From Eledone cirrhosa (lineage: Eukaryota), in contig OZ024753.1 in the NCBI GenBank assembly GCA_964016885.1, positions 26,288,001 through 26,352,000 of the forward strand: a stretch of DNA of 64,000 nt, read 5' to 3'. The notes beneath the pieces are model-generated. The model saw only the letters and a list, made by a program, of their open reading frames with translations. It was not told the DNA's origin and searched no databases. Numbering within the stretch: the stretch's first letter is position 1; every line of letters begins with the position of its first letter. The position numbers were made by a program, and so were the translations under genes. Shown here piece after piece: positions 36,240 to 51,731 of the stretch.

Positions 36240-38125
36240 TATTTATTTTAAGAAACCTTAATGACAAATAATATAAAGTGTTTGTAAAGTGGGGAAGAGT
36301 AGTTTTACGGTGGGGTTGTTATATAGATATCGTTTTTGCAGTGGGGTTGTGACTGGCGTATAATAATAAGTCACTGTTGATGTATATACAAATCATATTT
36401 TGGATATAAGTGAAGTTATTTAAGAGGTTTAGTTGTTTTGTATATATTCCAGTTGTTGTCTCCCTGTTTCTTCTACAACAACTACAACGGTACGCGATGG
36501 GGCCCACCTACAGCCCCGGCGGACAGAATGGAGAAGGCGTTTCCCCGGAGCACGGCAAGGGAGACGCGCTGGAAAAGCCACTCCAACTCGCGGGGTTCAC
36601 ACCTGCGGCTGGCCAGCTCAGCGCCTATGGTGGTGAGTAAGGAGATAGCCCTGGGGCCGAGGACACCAGAAGTCTCCACTTCCAGGGGTACGACCGCAAA
36701 CCTGTCGGAGAGCGACCGATATGTGAGGAGTTTGGCCCCCTCAGCCTGACGTGCAGCAGAACCTGGGCCAGTCGCAGACTGCATCCAGGTTGCGGCTGCA
36801 GAATGTGTCGGTGCTAGTGGCATCCCAGACGAGGGGTTTGCCACCGCGGAACGGGAAGATGGTCATGCCATCTGGCTTTTGCCGTCCCCTCGATCCAGCG
36901 CCACCGGCTCGAGCTGGGAAGGGAAGCCTGCAGCGTCCAAGCCATGCTTAATGACCTCGTTAAGGGCAGAATGGCGTGGATTGCGGCCGGCACTGTGGCG
37001 ACAGGAAAGCGGGTGGAGGCCGAAAGAGTCCATGGTGGAACCGCAGCGACATTGGTGTGAGGCCGAGCCTCAGGGAAACGCCGATGCGCAGGCTATGGTT
37101 GTCTAGCTGCGTGCCAGTGGAGAAGGAGGGCAGGGCATGGAGCCAGGCACCACTGTGGGGTTTAGAGGCCGCACGAAAACAAACAAGGCGGTGCTGGTCG
37201 AGCTGGCGCGCGAGCCTGTCTGGGGCCAGGCTGCACTGGATGGCATCCCAAGTTTGTTGGGGGGACTTGACGTCAACAGGGGGAGAAGGAGGGGGGACGT
37301 CTACTGGGCTAAGTCCCAGCCGGTCCCACGTCTCACAGGCGGCCTCGCGTTCTCTGAACACAGAGGGTTCTGTTGTGTTTTGAAGAAACCTGCTGACGAG
37401 GACGTGGCACGAGGTTACCGACGAAAGATACGCCGGCAAAGCTAGTGAGATCGGGGACTGGAGGCGAAGGCCGCCATACCTGACAGGTAAAGTTGCATAT
37501 CTCCTCGGCTGCTGCTCGGATACAAGTATCGAGCTCAGCGAGGAGAGATGTCTGGGTGTAGCATAGAGTGTATAGAGGAGCTTTGGCATGGCGAAGCAGT
37601 TCCTCAGCAGAAAGAGAACTGGGTGGCCATCAATCAAGCCCAGTCGGCTCGTGAGAGTCTAGAGCTTTTGAAGCCTGGACCTGATGGTGGAGCGGATGGC
37701 CGGTGGGTGGATCGGTGAGGGCATCCTCTTTGGGGTCACCTGAACCTGGCGGAGAATGGACCGCACGTCCAAGACGGAGACTGCAAAGCTTGCAGCATCG
37801 AGGCTGACATTCACCACCTCCGACTTGGCTGAGTTGACCTGGAGGCCGATTTCCGCCACGGCAGGAACCACCGATTGAAGGTCATGGCAGACCGTCTGTA
37901 CGGGCCCACCCAAAGTAGCATCATCCTGATACCAAACGTTGAGAGGGGACGTTATACTCCGGGCGATGTGGTCAATGCCAAGGGTGAACAGGAGGGGTCC
38001 CAAAGGGTTGCCCTGTTAGACCCCAGTAGCCGAGGGTATGACCGTATCAGCAGCAAGGAGCATGCTCGGGGCTCCATATGACAGGTAGGCAGAGGGGGCT
38101 CGGCTGATGCAGGCCTCGAGCAGAT
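36240..38125 (-). mobile_element. 5'-truncated CRE-clade non-LTR retrotransposon (RT plus restriction-like endonuclease)
   Basis: GV*QGNPLGPLLF, WYQDDATLGG, LPVRYGGL, HSGAWLHALP, H.LSC...RHSALNEVI, (R)PDGMTIFPF..GKPLVWDAT, VPLEVETSG, FQRVSLAVLRGNA. GC-rich; AT-rich 3' UTR ending AAAATAAA. Confidence 0.85.
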
Positions 38126-40146
38126 TGTGTTGTACTATATTTGGGTTTGCAGGTTTGTTTGGAGGTTTGTATTGTTGGGCTTGGTATTTGCCAGCATTAA
38201 ACTGCATGTTGTTTTCTTCCGCCCATTTGTATATGTCATCCACATCTTCTTGTAAAAGGGCAGCGTCCGCCGGATTTTTGATTGCCTGTGCTACCTTAGT
38301 GTCATCAGCATAGCTAGTGAGGGATGTTGTTGTATGTACTACAGAGGGCATGTCTGAGAGAGTCACCAAAAACAGTAGTGGTCCCAGGACTGTCCCTTGG
38401 GGCACCCAACTTGTTATTGATGTTTCCTTTGAGAGGGCCCCGTTTGCTGCGACTGTCTGGCTTCTGTCCTTTAAGAAGTTATGAAGCCTCTCACCTACTT
38501 TTCCAGTTATGCCGAGTCCGTGTAGTTTGTGACATATCATTCCGTGGTCGACCTTGTCAAAGGCCTTCGCAAAGTCAAGATATATCACGTCCACATGTGA
38601 GCTGTCTAGCAGTTGTTTCAGTACCCAGTCGTAATGATGTAGCAGCTGTGTAAGGCAGCTTCTTCCTGGGCGGAAGCCATGCTGCGTGCTAGTCAGGCGG
38701 TCATTTTCCTTGAGGAAAGTGATCAGTTACTTTCTGACGACTCGCTCCATGACCTTACTGATATGCGACATCAGGGAGACTGGCCTATAGTTTTTGGCCT
38801 CCACTCTGCTACCTCCTTTATGGATAGGGCATATTGTGCCTTCTTTCAGCCTCCTGGGTAGTATACCGCTAGCCAAGGAGCTTCTGAAGAGCATCTTCAG
38901 TGGAGTTGCTAAGGCCCGCTTACATGTTTTTAAGAGGACTGCTGGGAATCCATCAGGTTCAGCAGCTGAGTCTGTTCTAATTTCATCTATGGCGTATACC
39001 ACATCCTCCTCCGTTATGTCTATGTGGTTGATGGTCGCCGTTTCTTCATGTAGTGTTGTGGCATCAAAGAACTCCTCTGGCTTTGTTATTTGCATGTGCC
39101 TCAGTAGACATGTGAACACACTTTTGTACTGTTCGTTCAGTATTTCACATATCTCTTGGGGATTGTCTGTTAATGAATCGTCTGTATGGAAGAGTGGCCC
39201 AATCTTGCAGTGTACCGAGGCAGTTTCTTTTGCAAATTTAAAGAAGGCTTTAGGGTTTGTTTTAATATTTTCTATGGCCCAGCTTTCTTTCTTTGCCCTC
39301 TCATTTTCATGAGAAAGTTTGAGTGCAATCTTGGTGTCAAGTAGTGCACGTTTCAAATAGGATTCCTTCTTGTTTTTGTTTTCTTGCTGTGCATTCAACT
39401 GGTTTGAGAGCTTGGTTCTACGTCTCATAAGGATTTTCCTATCTCTGGGAATAAGATGTTTGTGTTTCTTTGCCTTTTACTCTGGGACAAACTTTTTGCA
39501 TATAGTGTGTATCGTTGTCATGAAGTGTTGAAATTGTGTGTCGGTGTCTCGTGTGGCGGTGTTTTCGCTCCATATTTGCTTCCGGATTTCTCTCTTAATC
39601 TTTTTCCAGTTAGCCTTGTAGAAGTTAAGGCTGGATAACGTCCCGATGCTTCTTGATGGTTGTGTCTCTGTTGGTTCTCTCGGACCACATATCATTAGTT
39701 CTACTAAGTTATGATCCGAGAGAATTGTTGGTGTCACCTTTGTGACAGGTTGAAGTCTCCCAGCAGTAGAATGTTGAGACCCTGGTCCAGTTTGTCAAGG
39801 ACCTCTTCTATCCTAATGAGGCTATCCTCAAATTTACCCTCATGACTGTGGGCATCAGGCAGCCGATATGTGACACATATTACTGTCTTTAGTTGCTTCA
39901 TATGTACTATCAGTGTGTCACAGACTGAGTTTGAATGTGTCAACAATACAATTGGTGAGACATCTTCACGGATATACAGAGAAACCCCACCATGAGTTCT
40001 CTCCTTCCTGTCCGAACGAAATACAGTATATTTTGGTATATGTATTTCTGCATCTGCTATACTGCTTGTCAGGTGCGTTTCGGTTAGTGCCATCCATAAT
40101 GCTTGATTGCTTATGGCTAAGTCTCCCAGGTAGGAAATTTTACTCA
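38126..40146 (-). mobile_element. CR1-clade LINE fragment (APE endonuclease through RT core), 3' part lost
   Basis: ALTETHL, HGGVSLY, LLGDFNL, LSDHNLV, NYRPVSL, YLDFAKAFD, YADDTKV; same family as 8191-9674. Confidence 0.9.
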
Positions 40147-40167
40147 TATATATATTATATATATATA

Positions 40168-40218
<51 letters not shown>

Positions 40219-40242
40219 ATATATATAATATATATATATTAC
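40146..40242. repeat. (TA)n microsatellite
   Basis: Seen directly. Confidence 0.95.
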
Positions 40243-41736
40243 CATCATCATCATCATTATCATCTTCGTTTAACGTCCATATTCCACGCTCGCATGGGTT
40301 TGGACAGGAGTTTTCCCACTTGAGGCAAGAGTGGTTTTCTTGCTCGCATAGGACTGTCTGGCGGGTTTTCTACGGCTGGATGCCCTTCCTAACACCAACC
40401 ACATTTACAGTGTGGAACTGGGAGGTTTTTACCGTGTTACCTACACGGCCACATTACAGCGTGGACTGTGTTTTTTTGTCGTGACACCTACACGACCTCA
40501 TTTGTTTCGGGCTGGATGGTGTGGTACCAACATAACTTTACATTGAAAGGGGTGGTGTGGATGGGGGTGAGGGGATAGGGTAGTGGGGCGGGGTTGTATT
40601 TTTTTAGAGGTGCCTGCTGACTGTAGTAGGTTTCACTTTGCACTTACGTAAGGCGGGTCTTCTCTATTACTGTGTAGCGCCAAAGATCTCGGTCCAGTGA
40701 CATTGTCTTGGAGAGGTGTAAGTGTGTGAGGTCGGAATTTATCAAGTCGTCCCAGGTTTTTCTGGGTCTGCCTACTCCGTGGCTACCGTCTGCACTTTTT
40801 TTATACAGCTGTTGTCTTTCATGCGCATCACGTGACCATACCAACGTAGTCTTCTCTCGAGTAAACAACATCTGATCCCTCTTATTTCTAATTTCTCCCT
40901 TAGTTCGTTTATGCTTTGCCGTTCACGTATATTACTATTACACATCCAGCGGAGCATGCAAGCTTCGTTCCTCTCCAGTCTGCGTATATCCTCTGCACAC
41001 AATGCCCAGGTCTCACTGCCATGTAACATTGCTGTTCGTATGCAGGCATCATACAGCCTGCCTTTCATTTTTAGAGAGAACTCTTTAGCGGCCAATAGTG
41101 ATATAAGCTCTCTGAACTTTTTCCATCCCGTTCTGACTCTAGCTACTGTACTTTCAGAGCACCCTCCCCCACTGCTGATTTTATCACCCAGGTAACGGAA
41201 GCTGTCCACTATTTCTATAGAACCATCTGTGCAATGGAGTTAGTATTCTGTGGGAACTTGCTGCCACTTATTGCACCAGAGCACCGGCCACATATAAAAT
41301 CTATATTCTTAGTTAGCTTACCTGTGATTCCACTACATCTTTTATGTACCCATACTTTGCATTTGGGACATAGAATGGAGTTTCTACCTACTCCTTTCCT
41401 ACACACTGAGCATGGCCATTTCCCAGATGGGACCGGTGCCCTATTTTCCTTCCTACAAACTAGAACTTTAGTCTTAGACAAGTTAACTTTAAGGCCTTTT
41501 GATTCTAGACCATGCTTCCATGTTTGGAATTTCTTCCCTAGTTCAGCCATTGATTCAGCTATGAGCGTTAGATCATCTGCATATAGGAGTTCCCATGGGC
41601 AGCCGGTCTTGATCTCCTCTGTTATAGCCTGAAGGGCAATAATAAATAGTAGGGGGCTAAGGACACCAACTTTTACGCTAAACTCTTCACTATATTCGTT
41701 GTTAATTCTAACCTTGCTGACTGTTTCTTTATACAT
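40243..41736 (-). mobile_element. 5'-truncated RTE family B LINE
   Basis: YADDL, CSVC...CPKC..WVHKRC...CGRC, FRYLG, LHGSETW; 3' UTR and (TGA)n tail match 18570-19070. Confidence 0.92.
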
Positions 41737-42108
41737 ATATATATATAGTGAATATATGTATGTGTATATATATATAGTGAATATCATTTCACACCTTTTA
41801 TTGTTAAGATTTTTGATGTTCTATTAAGAGAACCGATTTTACTGAAAAAATCGAATAATGTACACCATTTTACCAGGGGGAAAAAAATACTGGTCCACCC
41901 ACACACACACACACACATTCTCACACACACACACACGCACACATATATACACACACACATACACACGCGTACATTAAAATACAAAGAGACTTATACACAC
42001 ACACGCGCACTTCTCCGTATAAGACAAAAGCTGAAAAATATCTTTTGACATGCTAAAATACTTACAGACCATCTTACTGACCATCCCTGCTACCACGAAT
42101 TACTCTGC

Positions 42109-42109
<1 letters not shown>

Positions 42110-42141
<32 letters not shown>

Positions 42142-42209
42142 TTATCTTAATAGCCATTTGACACACATCTCTGCTAACCATTATCACAACATCGAACACC
42201 TTACTACTA

Positions 42210-42305
<96 letters not shown>
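42110..42305. repeat. (CA)n microsatellites
   Basis: Seen directly. Confidence 0.95.
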
Positions 42306-42307
<2 letters not shown>

Positions 42308-42748
42308 TTGTTGTGAAAGAATCATTTCTCAATCTTGGCGCAAAACCAATTTTTTATTCACATGACCTCTACCGACCAATCAAAATTGTTTTGACCACAA
42401 GAATTTTTGCAAACACCAAGTAGCGCTGGAGCCACTTTTTTAACATAAAAACAGGTAGAATTCCCAAAACTAATCAGATCAGAGCAAACAACACGGACAC
42501 TCTATCTCAAAATTATTTTTGAAAAGCATTTAGAAATGCGCAACCGGTAAAAACTTAAAAACTTAAAACCACAACTGAATACTAACCCATACAATTACTA
42601 ATACTCTTTTATTCCTAATTAAACCATTTTTCAACTGTGGGATGGAAAAATGTCAGCATTTTCTATTCCGTTTACCAATATATAATAACTTGTGTGTTAC
42701 ACCTCTATTCTTTTAACTATATATTTATATATATATATATATATATAT

Positions 42749-43396
42749 CCTCAGTGTATACTGATTAATGTTCAGAGCCATCCTCAGCATTCTCGTGTAG
42801 CACCCATCCACCATCTGAGTGAGTTTCTTGGTCAGTGTCCAAGTCTCAGCAGACCCATACAGCAGCACATACTCCACTACAGCAATGAAGAGGCGGATTT
42901 TCAGGTCTCTACGAAGGTCCGACTTCCACACCGATCTCAAGCTGTGGCACGCCGCCCAGGCCTGCTCTTCCTCTCAACCACATCATCTTCCGTATTCCCA
43001 ATCTTTGCTCCCAAATACAGGAAGTCCTCAACCAATTCCAGCGGCTTCCCGCCTACATTAGTGATCCCCTCTGGCTTCTCAACATTCTCTACCAGATATT
43101 TTGTTTTAGTCTCAGAGCTGTATGGGAGCATCCCAAAAGTCAGCTCAAAAGAGACACAGGGGAGACTGAGGTTGGCTGGACATGCTCACCGACATCCAGA
43201 GTTGACATTACACTCAGTGCTCCTTTGGGAGCCCCTACAGGGACACACTAGAAGAGGAAGACCAAGGTTAACGTATGTTGATGCCCTAAGGACAGACACT
43301 GGTCTGTTGGAGATGCAGGACATGGCAGCGATAATGAGGGACAGAGACCGCTGGAGAGAACTCGTCCATGGATCTCGGGAATTTTACCCGCCTTAG
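42749..43396 (+). mobile_element. RTE-X-like LINE 3' end with an inverted 5' portion
   Basis: Minus 43110->42749: KTKYL..DFLYLGA..VWKSDL..LLYGSAETWTLT..YTRMLRMALNI. Plus 43112->43396: ELYGSIPKVS..RLRLAGHAHRHPE..VLLWEP..RGRPRLTYVDAL. (TA)n on both flanks. Confidence 0.85.
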
Positions 43397-43433
43397 ATAT
43401 ATATATATATATATATATATGTATAAATATACA

Positions 43434-44618
<1,185 letters not shown>

Positions 44619-45100
44619 ATATATATATATATATATATACATACATCACAAGCAGTTGTTACGTAATTTGCATCCAGTGAATGCGCGTGTCGTATATGTC
44701 TTTTTTAGTCCCGTTAAGCTCATATGTGGGTCTGTCTGTCTGTGTGTGTGCATGTGTGTCTGCCTGTCTGTGTGTATGTGTCTCTGTGTCTCTGTGAATG
44801 TGTGTGTGTATATGTGTGTGTGTCCGTGTATGAGTCTGTGTGTGTCCGTGTGTGTATGTGTGTGTATCCGTGTATGTGTATGTGTGTGTCCGTGCGTGTC
44901 TCCTGTGTGTATATGTGTGTTTAAACTGAGGTGGAACTAGTAGTAATATTTCAGTAGGCGAGAGATCGATATCAATAGGTAAATAAAATCCAAGCTATCT
45001 CCTCACCAAAACTCCAATATTATCAGACGTTGTAACAACTCAGCAGTAGTAGTATAAATATATAAATTGCAACAACAACAATAACAATTTCATTTTTATT

Positions 45101-48100
45101 TTAGCTGAGCTACCCGGTGATACCCGGGTATTTTATGAAAGTTACAATATATTTGGCACACATTACAAAATATTTGTGACCATTCAAATATGATTGCTGA
45201 ATTTTAACCAAAGTATAGCAGAATATTTATTGCCGTTTGGTCAAAGTAAATCATCTAGATAAAAATATTAGTTTTTTCCACTGGTGATTTTTTTTAATAC
45301 AGCTCCCTATTACAGTCAGCATATATAATACTTTACTCATAGATGAATCATTAGGTATGTTGTCAGTGAAAAGGGCATGACCAAAAAAATACTTTTAGAT
45401 TTTTTTTTAGTTATCCTTTTCTTTCTTTCTTTCTCTTTTTTTTTTTTTTTTGCTCAATCTGAACCTCTGAAATTCAAACAACATGTAAAGACTATTTTAA
45501 AAAACCATAAATAAAATAAGAAAATAAATTTATCATTGGTTTATGATTGAATGAAACGTTTACTTACTCATTTCTGTAATTCAGGGAAAGGTGGGATTTG
45601 AAGGAAATTTGGCTGCTATTTCTACCCAACAAAGTCCTCACTTATACTACTTTATATAGCAGAGGTACCCGGGAATGCCTGCATATTCTTCCAAAGTAAC
45701 ACCATGCAGTAAATTTGCAGCTTCAGAATTCCTTGCAAACTACATGACTAAGGAATTAGGATCTGTGTGTATTGTCATTGAATGAGGTATTACTACATTG
45801 CTCATTCCAAAGACTCTGGATAAACAACATTCTTGGTTTTGCCCTGTGGTGCCACAATGAAGAGACAATCAGGGTTCCAACCCTTGTTGTGCCAACATAA
45901 AGTTGACTGTGTGAAAAGACAGGATCTGCCAGATTCAACCCTAAATTCAGTTGGATAGTTTATAACCTGGTCTTGAGAAGTGATTGTGTCAACTGATTTG
46001 TAGCATCTTTTCTCTCCCCGTAACATCTCCAGCAGCCTTCTGTTGATTTCTTTCACAGCAACATTTTTAGGTGCTAAGATTGCTCATTCACAGAGCCATT
46101 TCGGATCACATTGCCTGGTCTGAATGTTTGGAAACACTCTGGCAATCAGTTATTGTTCTGTGTCAATGATATGGCCAAATGACAACTGAATATGGTCATT
46201 GGAGTCCTTTTCAAGAAGTCCATTTCCCAATTTAAGTAGTTGGATGGCAAACTCACTGACACCTTCGTCACCAGTTAAGTGCACTCGCATGTTGGTTGTA
46301 AGGTTCAGCAGCTGAAAGTGGGGTCAGACATAGGATGTTTTCAGACAGGCATTGACCTGATCAGCTCGAGTCCCTCGAAGAATTACAGGCAGAGTTTGTC
46401 TGAAATCACCAGCAAGAACCATTGTCACTCCTCCCATTATGCAACTATTTTCTCTCAGATCCCTTATCGTTCGGTCCAAAGCTTCAATTTCTCCTTTATG
46501 GCTCATAGTAGCTTCATCCCAAATTATCATCTTGCATGTTTGCAGAAGCTTGCCCTTGGGCGAGTTCTTCTTGATGTTGCAAAAAGATTGTTCATGCCAT
46601 GTGAGATCTATGGGCAGCTTAAACATGGAGTGTGCAGTTCTTCCTCCATCTAGAAGTGTTGCTGCAATGCCACTTGAGGCCACAGCAAGGGCAATATGTG
46701 GCTTTTGGCGAACTTTTGCAAGCAGGAGGTTTATGAGGAATGTCTTGCCTGTGCCAGCAGGAGCATCGATGAAGAAAAGTCCTCCCTTGTCATTTTGAAT
46801 GCTTTCGATGATGTTGTGGTAGGCGTATTTCTGGTCATCCATCAATCGAGGTTCATTTTAATCCACAAACTTACACAATGCTTGAATATCGTAGTTTGTC
46901 TCCTGAAAAATGTCCTGTGCTACCTCCATTTCTTCATCTGGCTCTGGCATCCCGCAGTTAGCTAATGTGCTATTCATTGCCAGAACTCGATGGGACAGGT
47001 CACAGAGAGCTTGATTGTAAATCCTGCGGGGATATTTCATATACATATTGCCATGATGTCTTTGGGCTAGGTGTAGATAGTTGTCCGACATATTGTTTTT
47101 GTACTCCTGACTGGCTACTTAAGTGATTGCTGCTTCTTCTAGGAACTTTTTCCAGTGTCCATTGTCATGCAGGAGTCCATGCTGTTTACATGCTTCTTGG
47201 TATGTTGCGCACTCCCTTCCTCTGAAGCACCTAAGATCCTCCAATGATGTTGGTCCTCGAACAGTATGCAGAAGTAGCCATAAATAAAAACATTCTCTGT
47301 TGTTGGGATGGACATTGTCAACACGCCCAATAGCATCACTTGACTTGACTTCATGACCTTCCACTAAATGACCCTGCTTTCTTCGATTGCAGGTCTTGCA
47401 ATTGGTCCAGGTGTAGTATGTTGGGACTTCAATATATAGGAGGGATCGAGCAATTTCATCATTCTGGCAGAGTTTAAAGAAAGCAGTTAGTGTAGTGTCA
47501 TGTGATGCTTGTGCCAACTGATGGGCAGTGATATCCATTTGTCTGTCCATTTTCCAGATGGACTGCAAGGTTGACCACTGTTGGGTGGCATTGATGGATA
47601 TCAAATCCAAAGATTCGCCAGATAGCTTCATTGCTGGAGATGTATCGACCTGTTTGATACCGTTTCACCTCATCCAGCCCACCATCATTGAGTTCTTTGT
47701 CAGTAATAAAGGTAGCCATGTCACTGCCCTTGTTGATATATTTTGTGACATATAGGATTGCCTTGACGGAGCTGCAATACTCAACATTGATATGAGCTAT
47801 TAAAAGTTTACACAACTGATTGTTTATGGTCAGCTCCTCTCCTCGAACTGTTAGGCTTGCAGTATTGCCTCCATGTTCTGGTCTACGCCTACGATAAAGG
47901 GGGTATCCGTTATTGTCAGTCCGAGTTTCCCGAATAAAAGCTCTAGGATAATGTTTGCTGCATTTTTGATTTTTCATGCAGGGAGAGGCTGGATTGATGA
48001 CTCCACATGGACCATGAATGAGTTTGGACTTGATGGTTTCAAAGAGCTCTGGATCACCACCTTTATCAGGCAACTCTGCTGAAATGGTCTTATCAACATC

Positions 48101-49815
48101 ATCTGGTCTTATCTTCTTGTGATTAGTGTGTGAGAGTGAGGATACCTCTCTTCTGCCACTCAGTAATGGTCATCTAAGCACTAAGCTCACCAAATATTCT
48201 TCCTTCTTTTAGGAGCCAGATTATTTTTTTCTTTTGCTTTTCATGGAAAACCCGAGCAATGAAGTCATGTCGATCCTTTGGTTTTTGATTTTGAAATAAT
48301 TCATTTGATGTTTCTAACCAGTTTGAATTGCATGTAAATGTAATGAAGAGATCTGGCCGACCAAATTTTCTGACATAGGCCATTGCATCTTGCGTACGTT
48401 CATGCGTGTAATGTGATGGTAGTATGACTGGCTGGCCAATATTTCTTGGGTCAACATCAGAATTGATGGCATCTCTAAAGTGGACGTAGTTATCTGCCCT
48501 CAACTTAGTTTGATTCCTTCGCAGAAAACCCAATCTTTCTATTTCAATTTTGGCATACATGTCCACCATGAAGTGGCTGGTTACTTTTTTGAATCGCAGA
48601 ACTTGGTTGAAGTGATCACGTACCGTGAAATGATAAGCATAGAATTCTTTGCAGCTGATTGATCGGCCAGTTTCTTGTCCCGTTCCTGGGCTGATCTGCC
48701 GTAGCTGAAAATGATATCCATCTTGACCATTCCAAAAGATGAACGGATATTTGAGTGAATCACAGGCTCTATGAGTTTCACAAATTCGTTCCAAATGTCC
48801 ACTTCGTCTTTGCAAAACAATGTCACGTCATTCATGCTGTTCATCAACCATTATGATTGCAACTTCATCAGTGACAGGTGCATTGAAGCTGGGCGTTTGT
48901 CTGCCCTAGTGATGATTTTACGATCTCTAGTGTTGATCATATGCTCCAGTGCATATTTAAATACACTGACGTACATGTGATGTTGGTGAAGCATTTCTTG
49001 TAACTTTATGACTATGTAGAACTGCAATCCACCATGGACATTGGTACATCTTTGTTGTGCCTGTGTTTCATTTCCACCCATCAAGTAAACCTGCACAAAT
49101 TTGTGAGGCTCCTGTGAAAGTGGCAGAAGACCACCCATTAAGTGGTAACACTGTCCCTGAATTTTATAAGTTGTACAGAATCTAAAGTCAGTCACATTCC
49201 TGTCAACCTCAAAAGATGTCATTTGAAAGGCAGAATTATATTTTATGATGTATTTATTGAAGTGTCGGGCTTCTGGTGTATGCTGAAGGAACAGATTCTT
49301 CAGAAATTCAGGAGGTATTGTTTTAAGGCCCGCTTTGCCTTTTGAGCAGCATAGACTTGGTGTTTCTGCTGCCCACTTCTTGGCACCACAATACTGGCAG
49401 CATTTGTTCATTTTCCCAATGTTAATTTGTGGAGTCCTTTTTTTTTGGGGGGGGGGGGGGGTCATCAGAAAAAGCCCCTCATCAGCCAGTTCATTCTACT
49501 TGTGGCTTGTTCTCCTGCTCGGAAAGTAGAACGATGTGCTTGATTAGCATTTCGTCTGATTTGCTGCTGTTCCTTAATTTGTTGTTCTCGAGTAGCAGCA
49601 GTCCTTTGTTCCCTTTCATCCAAACTGTGTGCTCTTGCTATAGCTGTTTGGGCTCTGTTAGCAGCTAGACGGGCATGCCAAACTTCTTCACTTTCTTCAG
49701 ATCGCTGTATTTTCTTTCACTTAGCCTCTGAAGATGACCTTCCATATAATGATCTGGAAGGTTACCGGTATGACAAAAGGCTCAATGCAAGTTTTCAAGT
49801 GTTTTACAGAGCCGA
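45101..49815 (-). mobile_element. Decayed Helitron, copy 2
   Basis: PDLFITFTCN, HGPCG..PCM..CSKHYP, YVTKYINKG, APAGTGKT, IIWDEATM; 3' hairpin TACCCGG..CCGGGTA at ~45111-45130. Confidence 0.9.
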
Positions 49816-49819
49816 GATA

Positions 49820-50207
49820 CAAAGTGTTAAAATGATCAAATTTTAGTTTAGAACATTTATTTGCTGACAATTGTTTCTTCCAGAGGGAAGTCTGGAATCA
49901 TCGAGGCATAAGGAATGTCGAAACATTGCTTATAACGTTTATGCCTGTGATTTTTTTGCTTGTGATTTTTTTGCTTGTGCTTTTTACTTATACCTATTAC
50001 ACTTCCAACCAGTGCTGCCTGTAATAGTGTTCTTTCAAGCAGAACATCTTTTTAACTCCTGATTCTCCACATGATGCCTTTGACACTAATAACAATTATG
50101 TATCTTAAATATTCTGAATGACTAGGATTTTAGTAACATGTTTCTGGAAGAAACAATTGTCAGCAAATAAATGTTCTAAACTAAAATTTGATCGTTTTAA
50201 CACTTTG
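49820..50207. mobile_element. MITE-like element, duplicate of 7775-8162
   Basis: Same TIRs and TA flanks. Confidence 0.7.
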
Positions 50208-50235
50208 TATATATATGTATATAAATATGTATATA

Positions 50236-51731
50236 TACTCTTTTACCTGTTCCAGCCATCTGGCTGAGGCCATGCTGGGGCACCGCCCTTGTTGCTACAC
50301 ATTTTATCTCCAGCCTGTATTGGTTGGCCACTGGTGCAACAGGGAGTTCATTGCTGCTGCCCTTAGGTTTCCCTCGTGCCTTGCTGTGGGCTCATCTGGG
50401 ATACTGGATAGCAAGGTGTCGAGATGTTTCTTGAAGACATCCACACCATGCAGATCTCTCAGATCCCTCGGCAGCTTGTTGAAGAGTCCTTGAACCACTC
50501 CAGACTTTTGCAATATCTGCTCCTTATTCTAGATATGGAAGACGGGATCTTTGGCACCACACAGTGACATCCTGTTCGGCGGTTGGTCCAGCTCCCAATG
50601 CCAAAGTTTGGTGCTAGTCCCTCCAGGATTTTCCACATGTAGATCACTGCGTATCTCTCCCGTCTTCGTTCCAAGGAGTAGAGGTTCAGTTCTTTTAGCC
50701 TCTCCCAGTAACTTATCTCCTTCATAGTCGTAATCCTCTTGGTGTAGCTTCGCTGAATTACATCAAGCTCCGTGGTTAGTTTGACACTATGGGGTGACCA
50801 CAACTGGGAGCAATAGTCCAGGCGGTTTAGGACAAATGTCCTCCATAGTGTCAACATGGTGTCTCGATCTCTTGTCCGGAAAGTCCTCAAGATCCAGCCA
50901 GCGAGTCGTCTGCACATTGTCGCCACTTTCATGATGTGCGAGGGAAAAGATGCATCATCGCTCATGTCTATACTCAGGTCTCATATCAATTTAGACCCAG
51001 GGATATCGGTCCCACCTGGTCCGGTGTAACTGTGTTGTACTGTATTTGTGTTGTATTTGTGTTTGCAGGAATTGTGTAGCGCTTGGAATTTGCCAGCATT
51101 AAACTGCATGTTGTTGTCTTCCACCCATTTGTATATGGCATACAGCCCTTGTTGTAAAAGGGCAACGTCAGCCGGGTTTTTTATTGCCTGTGCTACCTTA
51201 GTGTCATCAGCATAGCTAGTGAGGGATGTTGTTGTATGTACTACAGAGGGTGTCTGAGAGAGCCACCAAAAACAGTAGTGATCCCAGGACTGTGCCTTGG
51301 GGCACCCCACTTGTTATTGATATTTCCTTTGAGAGGGCCCCGTTTGCTGCGACTGTCTGGCTTCTCTCCTTTAAGAAGTCGTGCAGCCACTCACCTACTT
51401 TTCCAGTTATGCCGAGTTCGTATAGTTTGCGACATATCATTCCGTGGTCGACTTTGTCAAAGGCCTTCGCAAAGTCAAGATATATCACGTCCACATGTGA
51501 GCTGTCAAGCAGTTGTTTCGGTACCCAGTCGTAATGATGTAGCAGCTGTGTAAGGCAGCTTCTTCCTGGGTGAAAGCCATGCTGCATGTTATTCAGGCAG
51601 TCATTTTCCTCGAGGAAAGTGATCAGTTACTTTCTGACGATTCGCTCCATGACCTTACTGATATGTGACGTCAGGGAGACTGGCCTATAGTGTTTGGCTT
51701 CCGCTCTGCTACCTCCTATATGGATAGGGCA
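50236..51731 (-). mobile_element. CR1-clade LINE 3' fragment, duplicate of 8191-9674
   Basis: ORFs 51216..51587, 50981..51310 and 50459..50965. Confidence 0.9.

Noticed and set aside
41785-42715. DNA transposon remnant
   Set aside because: No terminal repeats or coding motifs could be identified by eye.
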